From the IMG/VR virus record IMGVR_UViG_3300042868_010004, positions 96,001 through 160,000 of that record: a stretch of 64,000 bases of DNA. One strand, 5' to 3'. The notes under the pieces were generated by a model. The model saw only the letters and a list, made by a program, of their open reading frames with translations. It was not told the origin of the DNA and did not search any database. Each line of letters begins with the position of its first letter. Positions within the stretch are counted from its first letter, which is position 1. The position numbers and the translations under genes are program-made. This DNA is from a virus. Shown one piece after another: positions 27,810 to 36,506 of this stretch.

Positions 27810-28643
27810 ATGCCCAAACTAGAAATACCGAAAGAAATTCTTTCCGAAATGTCCAAAGATTATAATAATGGTCTCTCTGTAGAGAAGCTGGTTTCTAAAT
27901 ACGAAAATAAATATACCGAATGGCAAATTCGTCGTCGCTTAGTTGAAAATGGAACTCCCATGCGCCATAGGGCGGCTCTTTCTAGAAAATATGACTTAGA
28001 TCAGCCCTTCTTTAATGTGATTGATACAGAGGAAAAGGCTTATTGGTTGGGGATGATGTTCGCCGATGGATCAATTTACTCCTCAAAAAAGGGAAAAATG
28101 TTTCATTTAACTTTGCAAGGAAGAGACTTGCACCATGTTAAAAAGTTTAAAAAAGCCCTAAAAGCAGAAGCGCCCGTTCACCATCAGAAAAAGAAAAATC
28201 ATTATGGTCTTTTTATTTGGAGCGGGTTACTTTACGACTCTTTGGAGCGAGCTGGATGCATAAGACAAAAAGGGGCCTATATTAGGCTTCCTAAAGAAGA
28301 TATTCTTCCCAAAAGTCTTGTCCGCCATTTTGTTCGCGGTTATTTTGATGGGAACGGATGTTTTTCTTGGAGTAGGTCAAATTTTAGGGTCGCTATCAGA
28401 ATAGTTTCCAATACTGATTTTGTTGCAGATCTAAAAGAGATTTTTACTTCTGAGGTAGGCGTCAAACATTACTACCATAAAGAGCCAGTAGAATATCAAG
28501 ATTATCCCGGCAGATACTATACAAATCTTGATTTCGGAACATATGAAGGGGCGCTTGGCCTATATCATTATATGTATGACAATGCGACTGTTTTCTTGGA
28601 GAGAAAGAAAGAAAAGTTTAACAAATTTATCAAAGAGTCATGA
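27810..28643 (+). CDS. Free-standing LAGLIDADG homing endonuclease with N-terminal HTH
   Basis: AYWLGMMFADGSI and FVRGYFDGNG; own promoter TTGACA 27774/TAAGAT; ATGA overlap with gmd. Confidence 0.85.
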   Translation: MPKLEIPKEILSEMSKDYNNGLSVEKLVSKYENKYTEWQIRRRLVENGTPMRHRAALSRKYDLDQPFFNVIDTEEKAYWLGMMFADGSIYSSKKGKMFHLTLQGRDLHHVKKFKKALKAEAPVHHQKKKNHYGLFIWSGLLYDSLERAGCIRQKGAYIRLPKEDILPKSLVRHFVRGYFDGNGCFSWSRSNFRVAIRIVSNTDFVADLKEIFTSEVGVKHYYHKEPVEYQDYPGRYYTNLDFGTYEGALGLYHYMYDNATVFLERKKEKFNKFIKES

Positions 28644-29686
28644 GTAAAATAATTATTTCAGCGGCAAATGGGCAAGACGGGTCAAATATGGTAGACTATC
28701 TACTTTCCTCAACGGATGACGAGGTGATAGGAACTATCCGTAGAACAAGTCAACCAATTTTAGAAAACCTAAAAGAAGCTATTGGTCATCCGCGCTTTCG
28801 TTTAGAGATGATGGATCTAAATGACGCCCATTCAATTGACGAATTAATCGCTAAGGAAAAACCTGATTATTTTATCAATTTCGGCGCGTCTGCTTTTGTT
28901 CCTGATTCTTGGAATTCGCCCGCAGCTTGCATGGAGACAAATGCAATTGCATTAATTCATATTTTAGAATCAGTTCGGAAACATAATCCTAAGTGCCGGG
29001 TATATTCGGCTGGCTCTTCAGAGCAGTGGGGGGATGTAAAGTATAGCCCGCAAGACGAAAAACATCCAATGTCTCCTCGTTCTATCTATGGCGTTTCAAA
29101 ATGTGCCGCATCCCTTATTTGTAAAATTTACCGTGAGTCGTATAATCTATTTGTAATTCATGGCATTCTGACAAATCACGAGGGTTTGCGCCGGCAGTAT
29201 CACTATGTTTCACGGAAGATTACTTCTAATGTAGCCCGAATTTATCATAAGGCTCAGAAAGATCAAAATTTCGAACCCTTGATTCTTGGTCAGTTAGATG
29301 CCAAGCGAGACTGGTCGGATTCGAGAGATTTTATGCGAGGGGTCTGGTCCATGATTAATCAGAGTGAGCCGAACGAATACATTCTTTCTTCCAACGAAAC
29401 CCACTCGGTAAGAGAGTTTTGTGAAATTAGCTTTCGGGAAGCTGGTTTTAGTGACTGCTGGTGGGAGGGAGAGGGCGTAAATGAGAAATATTTTTGGAAA
29501 AATCCTCAAGGAGAGAAGGTCGTTTTAGTCTCCGTTTCGGAAAAGTTTTATCGCCCGGCTGATGTCATGTTGCTCCAAGGGGATTCAACCTTAGCTCGAA
29601 AAAATCTTGGTTGGATTCCAGAAATTACATTTAATCAAATGGTTAAAGATATGGTGATGCATGATATTGAGCTATACAAAAGTTGA
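28640..29686 (+). CDS. gmd: GDP-mannose 4,6-dehydratase
   Basis: GQDGS, SSEQWG, PRSIYGVSK, GILTNHE, KRDW, FYRPADV..L.GD. Confidence 0.9.
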   Translation: MSKIIISAANGQDGSNMVDYLLSSTDDEVIGTIRRTSQPILENLKEAIGHPRFRLEMMDLNDAHSIDELIAKEKPDYFINFGASAFVPDSWNSPAACMETNAIALIHILESVRKHNPKCRVYSAGSSEQWGDVKYSPQDEKHPMSPRSIYGVSKCAASLICKIYRESYNLFVIHGILTNHEGLRRQYHYVSRKITSNVARIYHKAQKDQNFEPLILGQLDAKRDWSDSRDFMRGVWSMINQSEPNEYILSSNETHSVREFCEISFREAGFSDCWWEGEGVNEKYFWKNPQGEKVVLVSVSEKFYRPADVMLLQGDSTLARKNLGWIPEITFNQMVKDMVMHDIELYKS

Positions 29687-29722
29687 TTCTGCCTTGACAA
29701 CTTAACCAAAACCAAAGACAAT
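29687..29722 (+). promoter_or_regulatory. Promoter TTCTGCC-TTGACA-N17-GACAAT, ATG 8 nt later
   Basis: Intergenic; extended motif. Confidence 0.7.
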
Positions 29723-29730
29723 CTTAACTT

Positions 29731-30483
29731 ATGGCCGACCAAAAACTCACACCAGAAATCGAATCCGTCCTCCGCGCCGCCCGAATTGAGGGGAACAAAC
29801 TTCATCTGGTTGGGCAGCTTAGTCCGAAGGAATATAAGGCAGTCAAAGAATTTTTATTGTTGGTCGGGGCTGTTTGGGATAAGAAGCAGAAGTGCCACGT
29901 TTTTTCGGGAGACCCTGCCAAGCTCATGTTTGCGATGGAGGAAGGCGAGGCGAAAGACATAAAGAAGAAAAGGCAGGCGTTTTACACCCCGCTTGATTTA
30001 GTTGAAGAGGTGGTTCGAATCGCAGATGTAAAGGGGAAGGATATTTTGGAGCCGAGTTGTGGGGATGGGCGGTTTATTCGGGAATGTTTTAAGCAAGGGG
30101 CGGTAGGAATTGATGTGGTTGAAATTTGTGAAGAAGAGGCGGAGAAGGTAGCGACAGAGTTTTTTGGTCGAATTGCTATCCACGTTGGGGATTTTCTTGA
30201 GTTTAATCCCATTACAGATGACAATTTCCTTCCGGAATATGATATTCTGATCGGAAACCCCCCGTATTCCCGGACCGACTGGCTGAAACATACCCTACAC
30301 GCTTTTAAATTTGTCAAGCCGGGTGGCAAGTTGGTGTTCATCCTGCCAAACTCCATCCATTCAAACAAGAAATTTCAGGATTTTGTGCTGGACAAGAAGT
30401 GGGAATACAGAGAGATTCCGGCTGGAGCCTTCAAAAGCGAAGGAACAAATATCGCCACAAACATTGTAACAATTTATAAATGA
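29731..30483 (+). CDS. DNA adenine methyltransferase (gamma-like order)
   Basis: AFYTP, LEPSCGDG, GDFL, IGNPPY. Confidence 0.85.
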   Translation: MADQKLTPEIESVLRAARIEGNKLHLVGQLSPKEYKAVKEFLLLVGAVWDKKQKCHVFSGDPAKLMFAMEEGEAKDIKKKRQAFYTPLDLVEEVVRIADVKGKDILEPSCGDGRFIRECFKQGAVGIDVVEICEEEAEKVATEFFGRIAIHVGDFLEFNPITDDNFLPEYDILIGNPPYSRTDWLKHTLHAFKFVKPGGKLVFILPNSIHSNKKFQDFVLDKKWEYREIPAGAFKSEGTNIATNIVTIYK

Positions 30484-31121
30484 TGCAAACCAAATTAATT
30501 TCCGTAACCCAACCTTTGATTGATGGCGTTAAAACTGCCGAAGAACTAATTTCATACTGCGCGCGAGTCAGCAATCCTTCAAACCAGTTAAACGTCGAGA
30601 CCGGCGCGAAACTTATCAATTATTGCATCAGAAATAAACATTGGTCGGTCTTTGAGCAAGCCTCCTTCTGCGTCGAAATCAAGACCTCTCGCGCAATCGC
30701 CGCACAAATTCTCCGACACAAGACATTTACATTTCAAGAGTTCAGTCAGAGATACGCAGCCGTAACCAAACTTCACCCCTTAGAATGGCGTATGCAGGGG
30801 AAAACCAATCGACAGGTCGGAGATGAAGAGGTCAATTTGGAAATTGATTTGCTTGACAAGATTGATGCCCTGCAAGACCGGGCAATTGACTTATACGACG
30901 AATTGATTCAAAAGGGGATTGCCAAAGAGTGCGCCCGAATGATTCTTCCGCTAAATACCGAGACAACGATCTATATGAACGGGACCATCCGTAGCTGGAT
31001 TCATTATTTTGAAGTTCGTTGTGATACCCATACACAAAAAGAACATCGGGATATCGCCTTATCTGTTCGTGAAATTTTCAAGAAGCAGTTCCCCGTAATT
31101 TCAGAAGCCTTAAGTTATTAA
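30480..31121 (+). CDS. thyX: Flavin-dependent thymidylate synthase
   Basis: CARVSN, HWSVFEQ, QILRH.TF.FQEFSQRY, AKECARMILP, TQKEH. Confidence 0.93.
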   Translation: MMQTKLISVTQPLIDGVKTAEELISYCARVSNPSNQLNVETGAKLINYCIRNKHWSVFEQASFCVEIKTSRAIAAQILRHKTFTFQEFSQRYAAVTKLHPLEWRMQGKTNRQVGDEEVNLEIDLLDKIDALQDRAIDLYDELIQKGIAKECARMILPLNTETTIYMNGTIRSWIHYFEVRCDTHTQKEHRDIALSVREIFKKQFPVISEALSY

Positions 31122-31649
31122 ATGAATAAATATTATCTTTATTTTCGTTACCTCTTTCGCCATAAATTTTATGTAGCGCGTGAGTGTTTTAAGTTCGGCC
31201 TTTATTGGCGCGGTCTTAAACATGATTGGTCCAAATTCCTACCATGCGAACTGTTCCCTTACGTGGAATCCTTTTATGGAATTGGAACTTATTCGGACTC
31301 CTATGAACAAGCCTATATTAGATATTTGTCGCGTGAACACTCCTATACTTTGCCTTTTGAGAAAACCAAGGCCGGGGTTAAAGTAGCATTTAATCGGGCT
31401 TGGTTACACCATCAACATTTGAATTCCCACCACTGGCAACATTGGATTCTTCGAGAGGATTCCGGGGATACAAAGATTCTCGAAATGTCAATAAATGACG
31501 CCAAGGAAATGTATTGTGATTGGGTCGGGGCTGGGCTCGCAATCACCGGGAAGTTGGATATAGAGACTTGGTATGGGAAGAATAAAGAGAAGATCCTGCT
31601 TCATCCGAACACACGTAAATTCGTAGAGCAATTAATCTATAAAAACTAA
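31122..31649 (+). CDS. HD-like His-rich protein (DUF5662-like)
   Basis: HDWSK, AWLHHQHLNSHHW, EMYCDW. Confidence 0.7.
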   Translation: MNKYYLYFRYLFRHKFYVARECFKFGLYWRGLKHDWSKFLPCELFPYVESFYGIGTYSDSYEQAYIRYLSREHSYTLPFEKTKAGVKVAFNRAWLHHQHLNSHHWQHWILREDSGDTKILEMSINDAKEMYCDWVGAGLAITGKLDIETWYGKNKEKILLHPNTRKFVEQLIYKN

Positions 31650-31650
31650 T

Positions 31651-31938
31651 ATGATCGGTGGAACAATCATTCAGACGGAAGAAATACCTAAGTCCGGAAA
31701 GCTCCGGCTGGACATCGTAACGGATCAATACAAAGACAAGCACTCCGTCTTTGTTGAATTGAACGATGCCGCCCGCTGCATTCAGGAAGATGACTCTGCC
31801 TTCTGGCACGAAGATCGAGACGGCGGTACTGTCTTTTGGTCGCCCAAACTTCGGACGTTCCATGACTATCCACTGAAGAAGATCGGGAAGAGCTTTCAGA
31901 CGGAGAAGGCGGATAAGAAGGAGCTGGTCGGAAAATGA
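31651..31938 (+). CDS. Hypothetical protein
   Basis: Operon packing. Confidence 0.55.
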   Translation: MIGGTIIQTEEIPKSGKLRLDIVTDQYKDKHSVFVELNDAARCIQEDDSAFWHEDRDGGTVFWSPKLRTFHDYPLKKIGKSFQTEKADKKELVGK

Positions 31939-32297
31939 AACTCTACGTAGTCCGAAACAAACAGGGAAAGTTTTTCCGAGCGGTCGGAATGGGCGGATAT
32001 GGCAAGAATTGGGAAGACTCTTTAGATAAGGCCAAATTCTATGCCAAGATCGGGCAGGCCAAGTCTCGTGTCACTTATTTCTTCAAGTCCGATCCGTCTT
32101 TTGGTTGCCCGGATATTCTTGAATTCGAATTGGACATTCAGAGGGCGAAGGTTTTGGACATGGCGGAATTGACCACGAAATCCATCCAAAAGATTGAAAA
32201 GAAGAAAATCAACCGGGAGCTGTATTGGCGGGAACAGGAGAAAAAGTGCTTGACAGAAGAGCAAGAAAGAATCAGACTTAGACTGAAGTCTCTATGA
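31935..32297 (+). CDS. Hypothetical protein
   Basis: ATGA overlaps both sides. Confidence 0.6.
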   Translation: MKLYVVRNKQGKFFRAVGMGGYGKNWEDSLDKAKFYAKIGQAKSRVTYFFKSDPSFGCPDILEFELDIQRAKVLDMAELTTKSIQKIEKKKINRELYWREQEKKCLTEEQERIRLRLKSL

Positions 32298-32530
32298 GTT
32301 CCGACCGTATCCCAACACTGGCAGAAAAAGTAAAGATGTATGAAGATTTCCTGCACAGAATCAGCCTATACTGTAATTGCGGGAACAACGAAGCAATCCG
32401 TAAGTTAGTTCAGAATGCGGATGCGTTTTCCTATGCCCACCGAGTAGGAAATGGGGAATACTCCGATGAGGAACAAGATCGGATCGTGGCCGCGAAATTC
32501 TGGAAACTGCTTGACATAGAAGACAGATAA
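32294..32530 (+). CDS. Hypothetical protein
   Basis: ATGA overlap. Confidence 0.55.
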   Translation: MSSDRIPTLAEKVKMYEDFLHRISLYCNCGNNEAIRKLVQNADAFSYAHRVGNGEYSDEEQDRIVAAKFWKLLDIEDR

Positions 32531-32545
32531 GGCAGACTATCTGTT

Positions 32546-32746
32546 ATGACAAAGCATAAAAAACGCATTCTAAAAGAAATCAAAGAGGTGATTGAATCCT
32601 CTTTCCCCGATAGTCAACTCTATTCTCAGGAGGAATTAACTCAGGCTTTCGCTGAGAAGATAATTGAATTGAAGGAAGAATTAGCTCGGGCTCGCGAAGA
32701 TAGAGATTATTACCAAAATCAATCCGAAATATGGAGTCCATCTTAA
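32546..32746 (+). CDS. Hypothetical protein
   Basis: Preceded by TTGACA 32511/GACTAT promoter. Confidence 0.55.
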   Translation: MTKHKKRILKEIKEVIESSFPDSQLYSQEELTQAFAEKIIELKEELARAREDRDYYQNQSEIWSPS

Positions 32747-32943
32747 AATTTACCCTACCCGAGGAATCCGAAGAACTTCAAGCGGCACTCAATGGGCAGA
32801 AATACCGAGCGGTTTTGATCTCGCTGGATTCCAAACTCAGACATCGGGTGAAATATGACGGGCTGAATTCAATTGATGTATCGGAGGTTCGGAAAATGAT
32901 CTCAGAAGAGCTGGAGGAATACAACCTAAGCATTTATGACTAA
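32731..32943 (+). CDS. Hypothetical protein
   Basis: LKFTLPEESEE...A..G pattern of small phage proteins. Confidence 0.6.
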   Translation: MESILKFTLPEESEELQAALNGQKYRAVLISLDSKLRHRVKYDGLNSIDVSEVRKMISEELEEYNLSIYD

Positions 32944-33160
32944 GAAATTACCGGTAGAATTTGAAAGTTTGGAGGACTTGCAAGATTACGTTAAGAAAAT
33001 CCGCCCGCTGACGGAACAGGAGAAGGCGTTTCAAAAAGTCCGGCTCCGAAATCCGATTGTCGCGCGGATGTTGGCTTATGGGGCGAGTCTGGAAGAGATT
33101 ATTGTTGCGTTGGACAAAGAGAATGACCGGCTAATGCTGCATTTGTATCTCAAATCGTAA
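32936..33160 (+). CDS. Hypothetical protein
   Basis: Operon packing. Confidence 0.5.
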   Translation: MTKKLPVEFESLEDLQDYVKKIRPLTEQEKAFQKVRLRNPIVARMLAYGASLEEIIVALDKENDRLMLHLYLKS

Positions 33161-33180
33161 GAGTTTCGAGGATTAAAAGC

Positions 33181-33696
33181 ATGAACAAAATTCGCTATTA
33201 TACGGGGGTCGGATCGCGTCAGACACCTTTGCCCGTTTTGGAAAAAATGAAAGAGATAGCTAAATTTCTCGCCAAGAAAGGCTGGACTTTGCGTTCCGGA
33301 GGAGCTTCGGGCGCGGACTACGACGGTTTCGAAGTTGGTTGTGACGAGGCCGGAGGCAAGAAGGAAATTTATCTACCGTGGAAAGGATTTAATAATAACC
33401 CGAGTCAACTCCTATGGCCGCAAGCTGCTTGGAAGATTGCCGAGGAAATACATCCGGCGTGGGACCGATGCAGTGTTAATGCGAAATGTATGCACAGTCG
33501 AAATGTCTGCCAGTGTTTGGGCTATGTTTTGAATACGCCTTCGGACTTTTTAATTTGCTGGACGGAGAACGGAGAGGAGAAAGGCGGGACCGCGACTGCG
33601 ATTCGGCTCGCCCGAAAATACAAGATTAAAATATTTAACCTCGGAGAGGAGAAGGCTCTTGACAGGTTCCGTAAATTCTGCAAAAAGAACGCATGA
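33181..33696 (+). CDS. SLOG/DprA-like Rossmann-fold protein
   Basis: YTGVGSRQTP, LRSGGASGAD, GGTATA. Confidence 0.75.
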   Translation: MNKIRYYTGVGSRQTPLPVLEKMKEIAKFLAKKGWTLRSGGASGADYDGFEVGCDEAGGKKEIYLPWKGFNNNPSQLLWPQAAWKIAEEIHPAWDRCSVNAKCMHSRNVCQCLGYVLNTPSDFLICWTENGEEKGGTATAIRLARKYKIKIFNLGEEKALDRFRKFCKKNA

Positions 33697-34004
33697 TGAA
33701 AATCAAAAAAGAGATGGTGAAATTTAGTGACTATGAAGACCACGAGCTAATTGCTCAGAACGGTCTTTATGAGGATAGTCCGAACAAGGTTTCCTCAATG
33801 GAGGAAGGTTTGGCCGAAATATCCAAGACAATTCTTTCACCCTACTTCCTAGAAAGAGTCCGTGATTATTTGACCGAGCACGAGAAAATTCATTATACCC
33901 TGACTTTCGTTAAGAAGAAAAATGGGACGCGCAGCATTGTATTTGATTTTGAGCCGCACATACCTAGAAAAATTGTCAGAACCTATTACAATCTACCCGA
34001 ATGA
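33693..34004 (+). CDS. Hypothetical protein
   Basis: ATGA overlaps. Confidence 0.55.
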   Translation: MMKIKKEMVKFSDYEDHELIAQNGLYEDSPNKVSSMEEGLAEISKTILSPYFLERVRDYLTEHEKIHYTLTFVKKKNGTRSIVFDFEPHIPRKIVRTYYNLPE

Positions 34005-34414
34005 AAAACCGACCAATCAAATTCCGAGTCTGGAACAAAAAGACGAACGAGTGGGTTCACGGTCCGCACAAAGAGCCCTGTTTGGACGGAGTGAATCTCT
34101 TCGGGGAAACCATCCTTCTCGGCGCATTCATGCCGGTCAGACTGGAGGAGTTAAATGATTGTATTGCCGTTCAATATACAGGCTTGAAAGATATTCACGG
34201 GGCAGAATTATTCGAAGGTGATATTTGCAAATACGAGGGAGACGACGGTAAATCATTCGACGGTGCGGTCATCGACTTCTTTTGGGGCTCCTTCCGTCTG
34301 AACGGAGATTACATTGATAGCTTCATTGAGAATGAACATGCGGCGGCGAAAGGCTCGACCTCGCTTGAAAAGATTGGGAATGCGTTTGAGAATCCAGAAT
34401 TGATGAAATTTTAA
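34001..34414 (+). CDS. YopX family protein (paralog 3)
   Basis: IKFRVW, QYTGLKD..G.ELFEGD, KIGNAFENPEL. Confidence 0.85.
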   Translation: MKNRPIKFRVWNKKTNEWVHGPHKEPCLDGVNLFGETILLGAFMPVRLEELNDCIAVQYTGLKDIHGAELFEGDICKYEGDDGKSFDGAVIDFFWGSFRLNGDYIDSFIENEHAAAKGSTSLEKIGNAFENPELMKF

Positions 34415-34418
34415 TTTT

Positions 34419-34664
34419 ATGAAATCAAGAGAAATAAAACCCGGAACAGTCTTCCGTATAATTGACCGAGGCACCGGAAAAGCGCAAGGCTCTTACAGTC
34501 GCGCCTGTTGTGATGAATATGATTTTGAATCCGCCCAAGAAGCCCGATATGCCAATTGTCACGGTATCTTTCAGTACAAGTCAAAATATAAAATAGCTAA
34601 ATATCAGGTTATATATAAATTGGTAGAAGACGATGTAGACACAGATCAAAAAACAAAACTATGA
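34419..34664 (+). CDS. Hypothetical protein
   Basis: Operon packing. Confidence 0.55.
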   Translation: MKSREIKPGTVFRIIDRGTGKAQGSYSRACCDEYDFESAQEARYANCHGIFQYKSKYKIAKYQVIYKLVEDDVDTDQKTKL

Positions 34665-35029
34665 TTCCGGCACTGACAAATTACACAAAGAACGGCTTTT
34701 ATTATCAATTAGTCGAACGGCAAGGCGATTGGGCGATCTTCCGGCAATCAAGTAAGAAGGATTCAACAACCCCTCTTGACGTGGGTATGGCGTGGGAAGT
34801 ATTCAAGATTAAGGTCAGTAAGGGCGGCGACATGAAGGTTAAAGACAAAGATGGGAATCCTCTGATAATTCATTGCGAGCCAAAGGAATGCCCGCCGGGG
34901 GATGAAATGTTCGGTTCGAACGGGTGGTCCTGCCATACTCTGGCGCGCGCCCGCGAGAAAATGGCTGAACGAATGGCAGCGGAACAGGAGCGGGAAGAAG
35001 AGAAGAATAGAAGGAGCAAGACTGAATAA
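34661..35029 (+). CDS. Hypothetical protein
   Basis: Operon packing. Confidence 0.6.
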   Translation: MIPALTNYTKNGFYYQLVERQGDWAIFRQSSKKDSTTPLDVGMAWEVFKIKVSKGGDMKVKDKDGNPLIIHCEPKECPPGDEMFGSNGWSCHTLARAREKMAERMAAEQEREEEKNRRSKTE

Positions 35030-35062
35030 CAAAAACTGATAGTCAGTATAAGAATATCTAAT

Positions 35063-35566
35063 ATGCGTGAACCAAAAAAGGGTGAAATTGTCAGACTGAA
35101 AAACGATCCGAACAAAACCTACAAGGTCTTGGATTATTGCCTAGGTCTTGTCAGTCTGAGAGAGAATGTCCTTCGATCCCGGAACAAGACAGAAGTCAGC
35201 CTGAGTGAAATAGAATACACGGAGGCGGAGAAGGTCTGTTTGACGATGCCGGAGAAGAAAGCGATCCTTCGAAGGTTAGTCGAAGAGAAGACACTTAAGG
35301 AGAATTTTCAGAGGGAGATGATTCTTCTGTGCAAGATGTGGAAACGCCTGCCACACAGAGAGTTCTGGCTGGAAGGTTTCTGCCCAGCTCTGAAGGTTAA
35401 TTCAATGACTTACTGGTTTAATCGGCAGGAAGTTGAGGATTTGTATAAGAAATGGGCAGTAAATCTTGAAAGCAAACGGGAGGAGATTGTTTTAGAAAAA
35501 GAGAAGATTGGGAAGGATATTATCGTTCAGAAGCGAGCAAGGAACCTTTTAGAATTGTTGAAATAA
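35063..35566 (+). CDS. Hypothetical protein
   Basis: ORF length and packing. Confidence 0.6.
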   Translation: MREPKKGEIVRLKNDPNKTYKVLDYCLGLVSLRENVLRSRNKTEVSLSEIEYTEAEKVCLTMPEKKAILRRLVEEKTLKENFQREMILLCKMWKRLPHREFWLEGFCPALKVNSMTYWFNRQEVEDLYKKWAVNLESKREEIVLEKEKIGKDIIVQKRARNLLELLK

Positions 35567-35570
35567 ATTT

Positions 35571-36104
35571 ATGGAAAACTTAAATCAGTCAGAAATTAAA
35601 CCATTTATCATGCCCGAACATGATTGTTTTTGGTGTGGAGAGAAAACCCGGTCGATGCATTGGGCCTGTGAACGATGCGGGCCGCTGAAAGAAGAGGGAT
35701 ATGCGCGGGCGCGGGAAGCGGGAGAGAATAATTATGGACAAGTCATCAATCGCGTTTTTGACGTTTTAAAAGAAAATGGTGTCGGGATTGACTTGACAAA
35801 AACAACAAAACAAAACACTATACAACCCATGCCCACTCCAACTAAACTCGCACGGAATCCCAAATACAGAAAGAAAAGTAAATCCGTCTTCCAGAAGGCT
35901 CGCCAGACCTCGGACCTCTTCTGGAAACGCAAGTTAATGCAGGTTTTGGAAGTTTTTCACGATCAGGAACTTCACTGGCATAAAGAGTTGTGGTCGGATT
36001 ACGGTATTTCCGATGCCGAAGCGCGCGTGATTGAAAAGGCGTTCTCTGTCCAGAAGGCTTGGCGGGCTCGCGGACGGAATGATAAGGTCGGAGAGGTAGA
36101 TTGA
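35571..36104 (+). CDS. Hypothetical: N-terminal Zn finger; probable internal leaderless start at 35829
   Basis: CFWC..CERC; internal TTGACA 35793-N17-CACTAT-N7-ATG. Confidence 0.55.
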   Translation: MENLNQSEIKPFIMPEHDCFWCGEKTRSMHWACERCGPLKEEGYARAREAGENNYGQVINRVFDVLKENGVGIDLTKTTKQNTIQPMPTPTKLARNPKYRKKSKSVFQKARQTSDLFWKRKLMQVLEVFHDQELHWHKELWSDYGISDAEARVIEKAFSVQKAWRARGRNDKVGEVD

Positions 36105-36493
36105 AAAGAAGGACAAACAATATGGAGAAGTCAAAATATAATTCAAAAAACGAGTCTGGCGAGGATTTATATACCCTAAGCACACATCTTTTTGTTGCAG
36201 AGGGGGCGGTGAACGTAAGTAAGAATGTAAACAAGATTGAATGGCGGGCAGGCGAGGACGAGGAATACATGAAGTTTTGCCGCGAGCAATACGGAAGAGA
36301 GGAAAAGCCGGAACCTTTTCAAATTCAACCGCTTCGCTTTGAAGGGACTCCCGCTAATTTGCTCAATAGTCTTTTTGTGAATGCGGCATTTATTCTGGCG
36401 ACGGCGGAGGCAAATAAAAACGGCGAAGACGTGACGGAAATTTTCGAGAAACTAAAAACAGATTTTTTACACAAACTAACTAATAATCAATAA
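36101..36493 (+). CDS. Hypothetical protein
   Basis: Operon packing. Confidence 0.55.
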   Translation: MKRRTNNMEKSKYNSKNESGEDLYTLSTHLFVAEGAVNVSKNVNKIEWRAGEDEEYMKFCREQYGREEKPEPFQIQPLRFEGTPANLLNSLFVNAAFILATAEANKNGEDVTEIFEKLKTDFLHKLTNNQ

Positions 36494-36506
36494 TTTATAA
36501 AATATC

